A stretch of 64,000 bases of DNA from Terriglobia bacterium (GTDB taxonomy: Bacteria > Acidobacteriota > Terriglobia > Terriglobales > Acidobacteriaceae): positions 108,892 through 172,891 of the forward strand of contig CAWHQH010000039.1 of assembly GCA_963831465.1 (NCBI GenBank). The letters are read 5' to 3'. Position numbers and translations under genes: made by a program. The notes beneath the pieces are model-generated. The model ran no database searches. It was not told the origin of the DNA and worked only from the letters and a program-made list of their open reading frames with translations. Positions 28,904 to 38,514 of this stretch are shown one piece after another (position 1 is the stretch's first letter; each line of letters begins with the position of its first letter).

Positions 28904-29606
28904 ATGTTCCCTATCCGAGACGACGCTCCCCGATCAACAACACCGTTCATCAATTACTTTCTTATCGTACTGAACATTGGAATATTTTTTTTTGAGTGGT
29001 CTCTGCAGCTCTCTGGAGGGCCGCGCGCCAGAGCTGAATTTGAAATGCAGTTTGCGTTGGTTCCGGAGCACGTGGCAGCATGGATGAAAGGGTACCTGCC
29101 TGCATCGGTCGCATTTGTTCCCTTTCTCAGCTCAATGTTTCTGCACGCTTCGTTGCCTCATGTGCTGCTGAATATGTGGGGGTTGGCGATTTTTGGCGAC
29201 AATGTTGAAGATCGGCTCGGCCATTTCCGATATCTTGCCTTTTATCTTGTGTGCGGCCTGGCTGCCGGCCTTACGCATCTGATTTTCAATTTCAATTCTT
29301 CCGTCCCGACGGTTGGCGCCAGTGGCGCGATTGCCGGCGTTATGGGAGCTTACCTGATCCTTTATCCGCGGGCGCGCGTCTTGACGTGGTGGCTTTTTTT
29401 CGTCTTCTGGCTGCCTGCATGGCTGGTACTGGGTTACTGGATCATCGTGAACCTTTTGAGTGGCGCGGCCTCTGGCGTTGTCGGAGTCCAAAGGGCCTGT
29501 CGGTGGCGTGGCGTTTTGGGCGCATGTCGGCGGATTTGTGGCCGGAGCATTGCTGATCCAGCTTATGCCTACGCGCAAAAACGTGTACGCCTTTGAAGAT
29601 TATTGA
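28904..29606 (+). pseudogene. Rhomboid-family intramembrane serine protease, frameshifted near the C-terminus
   Basis: GASGAIAGVMGAYL holds the catalytic Ser. The conserved GGVAFWAHVGGFVAGALLIQLMPTRKNVYAFEDY*, which carries the catalytic His, is in another frame and ends at 29606. The shift lies between 29460 and 29501. Confidence 0.8.
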
Positions 29607-29630
29607 GTAAGTAAGACCCTCATTCTGCTC

Positions 29631-30353
29631 CTAGAGCACGCCCGCGGCGGGCCCGATGCGAATCTCTTCAATGGCAGTGTTCGCTGGAACTGAAACGGCG
29701 TGCAAGACTGCTTGCGCTACAGTTTCCGCTGAGATCATTTTTTCTTTTGGCGCGTCCGGCCAGAATTGGCGCCAAATATCTGTGTCGGTCGCCCCAGGCA
29801 GCAGAGCCAATACACGGATTCCACGCTTGCGCAAGTCTTCGCGCAACGCGTGAGTGAATCCCAAAGCGCCAAATTTCGAAGCGTTGTAAGCGGACATGCC
29901 AGCAAATGGCTGCAACGCTGCGACGGATAAATTGTTCACTATTGTTCCACCGGTTCGCATCAACGGCAAAGCCGCGCGCGTAACGAGGAACGTCCCAGTG
30001 AGGTTGGTGTCAATGACTTCTTTCCATGTTTCAATTGGCAACTGATCCACGGGTGCAAGTAACTGGGCTACACCGGCATTGTTGATGAGCACGTCGATCC
30101 TGTAGTGATCTTTGCCGATTTCGCGTAAAAGATTCTCCACAGACGCAGGATCCCGGACGTCACAGGCAACACTGGTAATCTCTTTTTTGTCGGCTGAGAT
30201 ATCCGCTGCCGCTTTCTGAAGACGTTTGGCATCACGCCCAGTAATGACGACTGAATAGCCGCTTCCCGCGAAGGTGCGGGCCATCGCCAAACCAATGCCG
30301 CTACCGCCGCCAGTAATGACGGCGACTTTTGGGCCGTCCTTCTTAGACGACAT
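29631..30353 (-). CDS. Classical SDR oxidoreductase (candidate sepiapterin-reductase-like enzyme)
   Basis: TGGGSGIG (TGxxxGxG), NNAG and SAYNASK (YxxxK). Its ATG overlaps the folE stop (TAATG). Confidence 0.85.
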   Translation of the reverse strand: MSSKKDGPKVAVITGGGSGIGLAMARTFAGSGYSVVITGRDAKRLQKAAADISADKKEITSVACDVRDPASVENLLREIGKDHYRIDVLINNAGVAQLLAPVDQLPIETWKEVIDTNLTGTFLVTRAALPLMRTGGTIVNNLSVAALQPFAGMSAYNASKFGALGFTHALREDLRKRGIRVLALLPGATDTDIWRQFWPDAPKEKMISAETVAQAVLHAVSVPANTAIEEIRIGPAAGVL

Positions 30354-30979
30354 TAAAACGAATTTCCGTTTTTACCGTTCCGAATCAGTGAAAGAAACTC
30401 CTCGCGGGTATTCGGCAGCGTGCGGAAGCTGCCCAGCATGTGCGATGTCACGGCCGAAGAATGCTGTTTTTCGACGCCTCGCATCATCACGCACAGATGG
30501 CGCGCTTCAATTACCACGCCAACGCCCTGGGGCTTGATGGCATTCTGAATCGTTTCAGCAATCTGGACGGTCAAACGCTCTTGCACTTGCAGGCGGCGGG
30601 CGAAGATATCCACCAGGCGAGGGATTTTGCTCAGTCCCAGAACCTTACCATTTGGGATATAGGCCACATGCACCTTGCCGAAGAACGGCAACAGATGATG
30701 CTCGCAAAGGCTGAACATCTCAATGTCTTTGACGATAACCATTTCGTCATAAGGCACGTCAAAAAGCGCGCCCTGCAGGACCTTATCAGCGTCCTGCTGG
30801 TGGCCCTTGGTCAGGTATTCCAGGGATTTCTGCATGCGTTCCGGCGTTCGCAGCAGGCCGTCGCGGTTGGGATCCTCGCCCAGGCGCACCAGCAGTTCAC
30901 GCAGTAATTCCTGCGTGCTCACTGCGGATACCGGCGAGACTTCATCAATTTTCTTCACAACAGCTCCTGATTTCACCAA
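30353..30979 (-). CDS. folE: GTP cyclohydrolase I
   Basis: [21 protein letters not shown] and [12 protein letters not shown] are canonical FolE motifs. Confidence 0.95.
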   Translation of the reverse strand: MVKSGAVVKKIDEVSPVSAVSTQELLRELLVRLGEDPNRDGLLRTPERMQKSLEYLTKGHQQDADKVLQGALFDVPYDEMVIVKDIEMFSLCEHHLLPFFGKVHVAYIPNGKVLGLSKIPRLVDIFARRLQVQERLTVQIAETIQNAIKPQGVGVVIEARHLCVMMRGVEKQHSSAVTSHMLGSFRTLPNTREEFLSLIRNGKNGNSF

Positions 30980-30985
30980 AATCTC

Positions 30986-31408
30986 CTAATAGCGAATTTC
31001 CCTGCCCCCGGCATATTCAAAGGAATTGAGCATGGTTTCTTCAATCCGCACCTTGTCCACCTCAGCGTGATGAAAATCTCTTTCCAGAATGTCGAACACT
31101 TCAACGCACAGGTTTTCTGTGGTTGGCACAATTCCTTGAAATTCCGGTAACGTATTGAGGTTCTGGTGGCCAAAACGTTCCAGGATTTTTTCATGGACGA
31201 AGGAATCAAGGTCTACTAGATTGCACACCATGCCTGTCCGGGGATCAACCCGGCCCGCCACCGTGACCTCCACTGAATAATTATGACCGTGACCGTGCGG
31301 ATTGTTGCACTTGCCGTAAACCGCCTGGTTCTCTGCGGCAGACATTTCGTCGCAGTTCAGCCGGTGCGATGCCGAGAAAAGATACCGTCTTGTCAGGTAG
31401 GCCTTCAT
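30986..31408 (-). CDS. 6-pyruvoyl-tetrahydropterin synthase family protein (paralog 1)
   Basis: FSASHRL...YGKCNNPHGHGHNY...TTEN matches the Cys plus His-triad PTPS/QueD signature. The core is nearly identical to the mammalian PTPS core motif. Confidence 0.9.
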   Translation of the reverse strand: MKAYLTRRYLFSASHRLNCDEMSAAENQAVYGKCNNPHGHGHNYSVEVTVAGRVDPRTGMVCNLVDLDSFVHEKILERFGHQNLNTLPEFQGIVPTTENLCVEVFDILERDFHHAEVDKVRIEETMLNSFEYAGGREIRY

Positions 31409-31815
31409 GCTTCTCCGTAAAAATCCACAAATAGATCTGGTGTCTCATACACGCGGACCCTGTGCAATTCCGCCAGGTTGAGCTTGGGTTGAAGACGCCG
31501 CCAGATACTGATGGCAAGATTCTCGGTCGTAGGAATCTGGTCCTTGAAATCCGCAACTTCCTTGTTAAGAAAGCGATGGTCCATTGCCTGAATGACCTCG
31601 CGGTTCATGATCTCTTTTAACTCTTTCAGGTCGACCACGAATCCTGAGCGCTGGTCCACATTTCCCTTCACCGTAACTTCCAGCGTGTAATTGTGCCCGT
31701 GGCCATGCGGATTATTGCACTTGCCAAAGATGCGCTGGTTCTCTTCCGGGGTAAATTCCGGATTGTGGTAATAATGCGACGCGGAAAACTCTGCTTTTCT
31801 TGTCAAATAAACCAT
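31405..31815 (-). CDS. 6-pyruvoyl-tetrahydropterin synthase family protein (paralog 2)
   Basis: FSASHYY...FGKCNNPHGHGHNY...TTENLAISIW...VRVYET has an end-to-end PTPS pattern. It overlaps paralog 1 by 4 nt (ATGA). Confidence 0.9.
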   Translation of the reverse strand: MVYLTRKAEFSASHYYHNPEFTPEENQRIFGKCNNPHGHGHNYTLEVTVKGNVDQRSGFVVDLKELKEIMNREVIQAMDHRFLNKEVADFKDQIPTTENLAISIWRRLQPKLNLAELHRVRVYETPDLFVDFYGEA

Positions 31816-31828
31816 CAGAATCAGATCG

Positions 31829-32896
31829 TTAGCTCAGATCGCCCTTTCGAATAGATGAATCAGCAGCCGCTTCGGGTGCGGATTGTGAGTACGTCCGCCC
31901 CTTCCATGTTAACTCGCCCCGCACATTGGAATGGATGTGGGAGCGGACTAAAAGTGACACAAAGAATGGTAAACCTATGAATGCCATAAGGTTAGCCTTC
32001 CATGGGAAATGCGCCTGCTGAAGGCGGGAAATGAAATTCGCATAAGCCAACGCCCCAAACACCAATGGAATGAATGCGTTGCGGCTATCTCCCAGCGCCA
32101 ATAACATAAGTCCTGCAGCAAGCGCTGTGACGATTGCTAGAAATTCAAATCCGCGTAAGATTGCAAGACGTAGGGGGCTACGAAACAGCAGGGCCAGATT
32201 TTTTGTCCATCCTTCCCACATAGCGCGGAAACTCCGGTACATCCTGGTGCGGACAATTCCCTTGCCGAAGCGAAACCAAATTTTATGATCTGAAGCTTTG
32301 AATATTCTGGCTAACTCTACGTCTTCCAATAGCTTACCTGCAACGGATTGATGGCCACCGAGCGTTTCGTAGACCTCTCGTCGAACGAGGATGTATTGAC
32401 CGTTGGCTGCGGCATTAGGATCAGAAGGGTCATTGATGCGCTCAGGGGGGTATATCCTCACCAGTTCAGCGAAAACCACAGGCATTACGGCCAGCTCCCA
32501 CCAAGTGACAGATTCCTGTTCCGGCGAGTAGGAGAGCAGATCGATATTGCGCTCTTCAGCCTCGCGCACTGATGCTGCCAGCGAACCGGGATAGTGGAAT
32601 GTATCCGCATCGGTGAACAGCAGCCACTTGGAGGTGCTGCCTGCTGCTCCGGTAATCAGGGCGTTACACTTCCCTATCATCCCCGGCTTGAGTTCACCGG
32701 CGCTCAGCACCCGCAGCCGAGGAAACGATTCGGCAATGGCCCGGGTTCGGTCTGCCGATCCATCGTCTACCACTATGATTTGAAACGAGATGCCTTGCTG
32801 AGCCACTAGGGACTGGAGGCATCGGCCAATGCAATCTTCCTCGTTCCGGGCAGGAATGATGACGTCGACCGTCCGTTTTACGCGGTCAGTTTCCAT
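31829..32896 (-). CDS. Family 2 glycosyltransferase with C-terminal membrane helices (CrtQ/HpnI-like architecture)
   Basis: VIIPARNEE, VVDDGSADRT, FTDADT, NGQYILVRREVYETLGGH and LEDVELA are followed by 3-4 hydrophobic helices. Confidence 0.85.
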   Translation of the reverse strand: METDRVKRTVDVIIPARNEEDCIGRCLQSLVAQQGISFQIIVVDDGSADRTRAIAESFPRLRVLSAGELKPGMIGKCNALITGAAGSTSKWLLFTDADTFHYPGSLAASVREAEERNIDLLSYSPEQESVTWWELAVMPVVFAELVRIYPPERINDPSDPNAAANGQYILVRREVYETLGGHQSVAGKLLEDVELARIFKASDHKIWFRFGKGIVRTRMYRSFRAMWEGWTKNLALLFRSPLRLAILRGFEFLAIVTALAAGLMLLALGDSRNAFIPLVFGALAYANFISRLQQAHFPWKANLMAFIGLPFFVSLLVRSHIHSNVRGELTWKGRTYSQSAPEAAADSSIRKGDLS

Positions 32897-32919
32897 CAGA
32901 ATCGGGTTATTATAAGGGG

Positions 32920-33417
32920 GTGAAGCGCTTTCGAATCGTAATTCCGGTTCTTTTGGCGGCAGTCTTGGCGGGCTGCCTGGGCTGCAATGATCAGCCCAAA
33001 TTGCGCTTTATCGGCTCACAGGCCCCGGACTTCACCGTGCAGGATGCCGACCGCAAAGTCTCCCTCCACGACTACCGGGGCAAAATCGTGGTATTGAATT
33101 TCTGGTCAGCGCACTGCGCGCCTTGTATTGCGGAAATGCCTTCCCTGGCGCAATTACAGAAACGCATGGGCGACAAGATCACCGTGGTGGGCGTGGCCGT
33201 AGATACCACGAATGACGAGTACCACGCCTTTCTTCGAAAGCACGGCATCGACTTCCTGACGGTGCTAGACTCAGCCAAAGACAGCTACAACCTGTATGGA
33301 GCCACAGGTTATCCGGAAACGACCATCATCGATCGCAACGGCGTCGTTCGCCGCAAGTTTGTCTTGGCGGTTAACTGGACCAGTCCGGAGATCGTGGACT
33401 ACCTGCAAAAGCTGTAG
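32920..33417 (+). CDS. TlpA-family thiol:disulfide oxidoreductase (lipoprotein-like)
   Basis: Signal/lipobox-like N-terminus (LAGCLGC) and a thioredoxin-fold WSAHCAPC active site. Confidence 0.85.
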   Translation: MKRFRIVIPVLLAAVLAGCLGCNDQPKLRFIGSQAPDFTVQDADRKVSLHDYRGKIVVLNFWSAHCAPCIAEMPSLAQLQKRMGDKITVVGVAVDTTNDEYHAFLRKHGIDFLTVLDSAKDSYNLYGATGYPETTIIDRNGVVRRKFVLAVNWTSPEIVDYLQKL

Positions 33418-33796
33418 TTTCGGAAATTCCGAATCCCGCAGAGCGGGTGAGTAGCCCAGGGATCTGCAGTTTTCCTGCGCGACCAGTGGGATCATTAAGT
33501 CGGCGGAGTTGGGCTGGGTAAGCGCTGCACCTGGAGTTCACTGCCATTTCAGTCGTCGCATTTTTTGCAATTCCTTTTGGCTCAAAGGTCAACATTCTTA
33601 GTGGATGACATTTTTCGCTAACAGTTAAGGGGTCGTTTATCTTGGAGCATTCTCAAGAACGCGCGCCGCATTGCACCTCTTCTACCGTCTCTGCTAACCT
33701 GATTAGTTTCAACTGCGTATCGGAACCCCTCTGGCGCGGTTCTGCATCCAACGGATGCTAGGTCATCAGGTTTTTCTGAAGGAGATTCAAAATTCA

Positions 33797-34804
33797 ATGG
33801 CAATTAAAGTTGGTATTAATGGCTTTGGCCGCATTGGGCGCAATGTGTTGCGCACGGCGCTCGAAGATTCAAATCTGGAATTTGTGGCGGTCAATGACCT
33901 CACCAGCCCGGCAACGCTGGCGCATCTCCTAAAATATGATTCGATTCTCGGCAATCTTAAGCAGGACATCAAAGCTTCGGGAGATTCCATCATTGTTGGC
34001 GGCAAAACGATCAAAGTGTTTTCAGAAAAAGACCCAGCTGCCATCAACTGGGAATCCGTAGGAGCGCAGGTGGTGATTGAGTCCACCGGCAAATTCACCG
34101 ATGCGGAGCAGGCAAAGAAGCATCTGCGTGGGCCGGTGAAAAAAGTGATCATCTCCGCGCCGGCCAAGAATGAGGACATCACCATTGTGCTGGGCGTGAA
34201 TGAAGGGAAATACGACCCGGCCAAGCACAATATTGTGTCGAATGCCTCCTGCACCACGAATTGCCTGGCTCCGGTGGCCAAGGTAGTGCATGACACCTTT
34301 AAGATCCAGAGCGGGACGATGACTACGATCCATTCCTATACCAACGATCAGGTCATTCTCGACTTTCCCCACAAAGACCTGCGTCGCGCCCGCGCTGCTG
34401 CCCTTTCCATGATTCCTACTTCCACCGGGGCCGCAAAGGCGCTCAACCTGGTGATTCCTGACCTCAAAGGCAAGCTGGATGGCTTTGCCATGCGGGTGCC
34501 TACGCCCAATGTCTCCGTGGTGGACCTGGTGGCATTCGTGGAAAAGGCCACGACCGTGGATGAAGTCAACAACGCTCTGAAAGCCGCTGCCGATGGCCCG
34601 ATGAAGGGCATTTTGGGCTATGAAACCGCTGAACTGGTTTCAATCGATTATCGCGGTGACGAGCGCTCTTCTATCGTTGACTCTCCGCTTACCCGTGTGG
34701 TCGCCGGCAATTGCGTGAAGGTGATCGCCTGGTACGACAATGAGTGGGGATACTCCTGCCGCGTTCGCGACTTGATTCACTTCATGGCGAAAAAGGGGCT
34801 GTAA
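33797..34804 (+). CDS. gap: Type I glyceraldehyde-3-phosphate dehydrogenase
   Basis: [15 protein letters not shown] and [12 protein letters not shown]. An AAGGAGA Shine-Dalgarno precedes the ATG at 33797. Confidence 0.95.
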   Translation: MAIKVGINGFGRIGRNVLRTALEDSNLEFVAVNDLTSPATLAHLLKYDSILGNLKQDIKASGDSIIVGGKTIKVFSEKDPAAINWESVGAQVVIESTGKFTDAEQAKKHLRGPVKKVIISAPAKNEDITIVLGVNEGKYDPAKHNIVSNASCTTNCLAPVAKVVHDTFKIQSGTMTTIHSYTNDQVILDFPHKDLRRARAAALSMIPTSTGAAKALNLVIPDLKGKLDGFAMRVPTPNVSVVDLVAFVEKATTVDEVNNALKAAADGPMKGILGYETAELVSIDYRGDERSSIVDSPLTRVVAGNCVKVIAWYDNEWGYSCRVRDLIHFMAKKGL

Positions 34805-36039
34805 TGGCAGTGGCGACGGAAAAGAATATGGCCAAGCTTTCCATCCAGGATCTGAATCTTGATGGCCATCGCGTTTTCATGCGCGTGGACTTCAACGTGC
34901 CTCTCACGGAAGATGGCCGCGTTTCTGACGACACACGGATACGCGAGACGCTGCCAACAATCGAGTACGCGTTACGCAAGGGCGCAAGGTTGATACTCGC
35001 ATCACATTTGGGGCGCCCTAAAGGAAAATTTAACCTCAAGATGAGCTTGAAGCCGGTGGCAGAGCGTTTGCGGATGCTGCTGGACGAGAAGCTGGGTCGG
35101 AGCTGCAATGTGGGTTTTGCTCCGGATTGCATTGGCCTGGCTGCGGAGGAGATGGCCCACAAGCTGGAAAAGGGCCAAACGCTGCTACTGGAAAACCTGC
35201 GCTTTCACGCCGAAGAAGAAGCTAACGATGAAGCGTTCTCGCGCATGCTGGCCGCGCTGGCCGATGTTTATGTGAATGACGCTTTTGGCACTGCCCACCG
35301 CGCACACGCATCGACAGTAGGCATAACAAAATTCCTGGACAAATCCGCAGCCGGTCTGCTGATGCAGAAAGAACTGGAATATCTGGGCAAAGCCACCACG
35401 CATCCGGAAAAGCCTTTTGTGGCCATCATCGGCGGAGCCAAGGTGTCAGACAAGATTGACGTGATCCGCAACCTGCTTACCAAGGTTGACGCTTTGCTGA
35501 TTGGCGGCGCAATGGCCTATACCTTTCTGAAAGCGCAAGGCAAGCAGGTGGGAAAATCTTTGGTTGAAGAAGACAAGCTCGAACTGGCCAAGTCGCTTTT
35601 AGAAGACGCAAAAAGCAAGAATGTCCGACTGCTGCTGCCGCTGGATAACGTGGTGGCTGAAAAAATTGACGCTGCCGCCAAAGCACAAACCCTCAAGACC
35701 GATCAAGGTATTCCGGCAGATCAAATGGGGCTGGATATCGGCCCTGAAACGGTTGCCGCTTTCAGCAAAGAGATTGCCGGCGCCAAGACGGTCGTATGGA
35801 ACGGCCCAATGGGCGTATTTGAAGTTGCTCCGTTTGCCCGAGGCACCATGAAGATTGCTGAAGCGGTTGCCGGAAATCGGACAGCGACCTCCATCGTCGG
35901 CGGCGGAGATTCAGTCGCCGCGGTCCATCAATCCGGTTTGGCGGACAAGATCACGCACATCTCAACCGGCGGTGGAGCTTCACTGGAGTTTCTGGAAGGC
36001 AAAAAACTTCCGGGCGTGGAAGCGCTCACCAACAAATAA
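34804..36039 (+). CDS. pgk: Phosphoglycerate kinase
   Basis: [17 protein letters not shown] and GGGDS motifs. The ATG overlaps the gap stop (TAATG). Confidence 0.95.
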   Translation: MAVATEKNMAKLSIQDLNLDGHRVFMRVDFNVPLTEDGRVSDDTRIRETLPTIEYALRKGARLILASHLGRPKGKFNLKMSLKPVAERLRMLLDEKLGRSCNVGFAPDCIGLAAEEMAHKLEKGQTLLLENLRFHAEEEANDEAFSRMLAALADVYVNDAFGTAHRAHASTVGITKFLDKSAAGLLMQKELEYLGKATTHPEKPFVAIIGGAKVSDKIDVIRNLLTKVDALLIGGAMAYTFLKAQGKQVGKSLVEEDKLELAKSLLEDAKSKNVRLLLPLDNVVAEKIDAAAKAQTLKTDQGIPADQMGLDIGPETVAAFSKEIAGAKTVVWNGPMGVFEVAPFARGTMKIAEAVAGNRTATSIVGGGDSVAAVHQSGLADKITHISTGGGASLEFLEGKKLPGVEALTNK

Positions 36040-36040
36040 A

Positions 36041-36634
36041 ATGGCGCACAGCGTGCGATATCGGATTGGTTCCAAGGCCACTCTTGAATTGGCGATGGGA
36101 GACATCACCGATGAAACCACTGACGCTATCGTGAATGCCGCCAATTCTGGCCTGCTGGGCGGAGGCGGCGTGGACGGCGCAATTCATAATGCTGCCGGGC
36201 CGGCCCTATCGGCAGAATGCAGAAAAATCCGCGAGCAGCGCGGGCCTCTACCCCCGGGACAGGCTGTAACTACCTCCGGCGCAAACCTGACGGCAAAATA
36301 CGTGATCCACACAGTGGGCCCGGTTTGGCAGGGCGGCAAAGTGAACGAGCCACAGATCCTGGAAAGCTGCTACTGCAACTCCATGGAACAGGCCAATTTG
36401 AAGCTGTGCGCCAGCGTGAGCTTCCCTTCCATTTCTACAGGAGCGTTTGGTTATCCTGTGGCGACAGCCGCGCAAATCGCGCTCCGGACGATTGCTGATC
36501 TGCTGCACGAGCCAAGATCAGTGAAGTTGGTCCGCTTTGTGTTGTTTGACGAGCGCACCTATAAAGCCTACGCAGCCGCCGCGGAAGAACTGAGCAGGGA
36601 TTTTCCCCATTACAAGATCAAGGCTGAAGCATGA
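36041..36634 (+). CDS. Macro-domain protein (O-acetyl-ADP-ribose deacetylase / YmdB-like)
   Basis: [34 protein letters not shown] and [12 protein letters not shown]. It starts 2 nt after the pgk stop and overlaps the tpiA start by 4 nt. Confidence 0.9.
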   Translation: MAHSVRYRIGSKATLELAMGDITDETTDAIVNAANSGLLGGGGVDGAIHNAAGPALSAECRKIREQRGPLPPGQAVTTSGANLTAKYVIHTVGPVWQGGKVNEPQILESCYCNSMEQANLKLCASVSFPSISTGAFGYPVATAAQIALRTIADLLHEPRSVKLVRFVLFDERTYKAYAAAAEELSRDFPHYKIKAEA

Positions 36635-37380
36635 GAAAAAAGCTGATCGCAGCGAACTGGAAGATGTACAAGACTCCGGAGCAGGCGCTGGCATTTGTGT
36701 CTGAATTTTTGCCACTTGTGGCGGACCACACTCGGGACGAAATCGTCCTCTCTCCACCTTTCGTACTGATTCCCCAGGTGGGATGGGCGCTGCGCGGCAA
36801 GAACATTGGCATTGGCGGCCAGGACATGTTCTGGGAGAGTGAAGGCGCATACACGGGAGCGGTCTCCGCGCAGATGCTGCATGCTGTGGGCTGCTCGTAT
36901 GTGATTATCGGCCATTCAGAGCGCCGCCAATATTTTGGGGAGACTGATGACACGGTGAACCGCAAACTTCGTGCTGCTTTGGTGGCTGGGTTGAAACCAA
37001 TCGTTTGCGTGGGCGAAGTTTTACAAGAGCGAGAAGCCGGAGTGACCGAGGACATTTTGCGACGGCAGTGCAGTATTGCTTTCCGCGAGATTGCCGGCGG
37101 CGGAGCTCATACGATTGTGGTGGCTTATGAGCCCTGCTGGGCGATTGGCACAGGCAAGACCGCAACGCCGGAGCTGGCGGCGGAAGCGCATCGAGTGATC
37201 CGTGCACAAGCAGCGGAATCGTTGGGCGACGACGTAGCTGCGAAGATGCGTATCTTGTACGGCGGCAGCGTCAAGCCCGAAAACGCAAAGGCACTGATGT
37301 CACAGCCGGAAATCGACGGCGCGCTGGTGGGCGGAGCGAGCCTGGATGCAAAGAGTTTTGCGGCAATTGTGAAGTGGTAA
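36631..37380 (+). CDS. tpiA: Triose-phosphate isomerase
   Basis: ANWKM, IIGHSERR, AYEPCWAIGTG and GGASL motifs. Confidence 0.95.
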   Translation: MRKKLIAANWKMYKTPEQALAFVSEFLPLVADHTRDEIVLSPPFVLIPQVGWALRGKNIGIGGQDMFWESEGAYTGAVSAQMLHAVGCSYVIIGHSERRQYFGETDDTVNRKLRAALVAGLKPIVCVGEVLQEREAGVTEDILRRQCSIAFREIAGGGAHTIVVAYEPCWAIGTGKTATPELAAEAHRVIRAQAAESLGDDVAAKMRILYGGSVKPENAKALMSQPEIDGALVGGASLDAKSFAAIVKW

Positions 37381-37406
37381 AGAAAAACCTAAACGGATTG
37401 CAGCAG

Positions 37407-37503
37407 AAAAACCTTACCGCTGATAAACGCGGATAACGCTGATTTACACGGATCAAAAAGGATTATTTCGAATTTCTGAATCCGTGTTATCTATCCGTGA
37501 GTC
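37407..37503. repeat. REP-like element, copy A (with inverted partner)
   Basis: AAAAACCTTACCGCTGATAAACGCGGATAACGCTGATTTACACGGATCAAAAAGG is followed by the inverted partial copy GAATCCGTGTTATCTATCCGTGAG. Confidence 0.5.
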
Positions 37504-37592
37504 GTTTTCTAGTTTGAAAATGCAGTTTCCTTCTGCCATTGCACGCATCCGGATACAGCTAGATTATATTTAAGGCGGACACTTCAATACTG

Positions 37593-37656
37593 CAATCGTG
37601 AAGTAGTAAAGAAAAACCTTACCACTGATAACACTGATTTACACGGATCAAAAAAA
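37593..37656. repeat. Second copy of the tpiA 3' tail fused to REP-like element copy B
   Basis: CAATCGTGAAGTAGTAAAGAAAAACCTT matches the tpiA end CAATTGTGAAGTGGTAAAGAAAAACCT (37364-37390). It is followed by ACCACTGATAACACTGATTTACACGGATCAAAAAAAG. Confidence 0.55.
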
Positions 37657-37675
37657 GAATCGTTTTGACTTTGTG

Positions 37676-38416
37676 TCATCTGTATTGAGCACTTACGCTC
37701 CCTGCCATCTGTTTCAGTCGATCATTGGCAAAATATTGAGCATGGCCTTCTTCAATGGCTTGCAGAATGATATCCGCGACAAACTCGGGCGTATCGCCGG
37801 AAGCATAGTTTGAAGCGGGACCGCCGCCTGCTGGATTGCCCATCCGGTTTTTACCAAAATTGGTTGCCGTAATGAACGGATAGACTTCACTCACGACAAT
37901 CTTGTCTTTCTCCAGTTCCGCCCGCGCGTTAAGGCTGAAGCCAAGAAGCGCCCGTTTGGAGGCTGAATAGACGCTGTATTGAGGAATGGTCATGAAAGCT
38001 GTTCCGGAGTTGACATTCACAATGCTTCCAGCGCCCTGTGCGCGCATGATGGGAATGACGGCCTGCATCGCCACAATAGGTCCAAGCACGTTGAGATGGA
38101 AGATTTCATCAAATAGCTCGGGGGCAATCTCTTCCACCGCCGCCGCGTAGCTGCGTCCAGCGTTGTTGATGAGGCCATCGATGCGGCCGTAATGCTGGTG
38201 GGCTTTTTGCACGGCTTGCCGCGCCCCTGGAAAGTCGGTCATATCGGCGACTATCGGCAGGCTGCCGGGGAGTCGTGCAGAGAGTTCTTCCAGAGCTTTT
38301 TTGCTGCGGGCCAGCAACGCCACTTTGCCGCCACGCTCCGCAAGCGCGGCTGCCGTTGAAAGTCCGATTCCAGAGGATGCACCAGTTACGAAGAAGACGT
38401 GATCTTTGATCTGCAT
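37676..38416 (-). CDS. Classical SDR oxidoreductase
   Basis: TGASSGIG, NNAG and SVYSASK motifs in 246 aa. Confidence 0.85.
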   Translation of the reverse strand: MQIKDHVFFVTGASSGIGLSTAAALAERGGKVALLARSKKALEELSARLPGSLPIVADMTDFPGARQAVQKAHQHYGRIDGLINNAGRSYAAAVEEIAPELFDEIFHLNVLGPIVAMQAVIPIMRAQGAGSIVNVNSGTAFMTIPQYSVYSASKRALLGFSLNARAELEKDKIVVSEVYPFITATNFGKNRMGNPAGGGPASNYASGDTPEFVADIILQAIEEGHAQYFANDRLKQMAGSVSAQYR

Positions 38417-38514
38417 GAAGCTAAAATCTCCAGAGTGAATGTGGTGGATCAGTCTAATTATCAGGATATCAAGAGAGCAGCTACGTCTCTGCGGTCCGGA
38501 TTTCGGCTGGGGCT

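Noticed and set aside
35855-36040. N-terminal 62-aa extension of the macro-domain ORF
   Set aside because: It overlaps the 3' end of pgk in another frame. The conserved macro domain begins at the ATG at 36041, right after the pgk stop.
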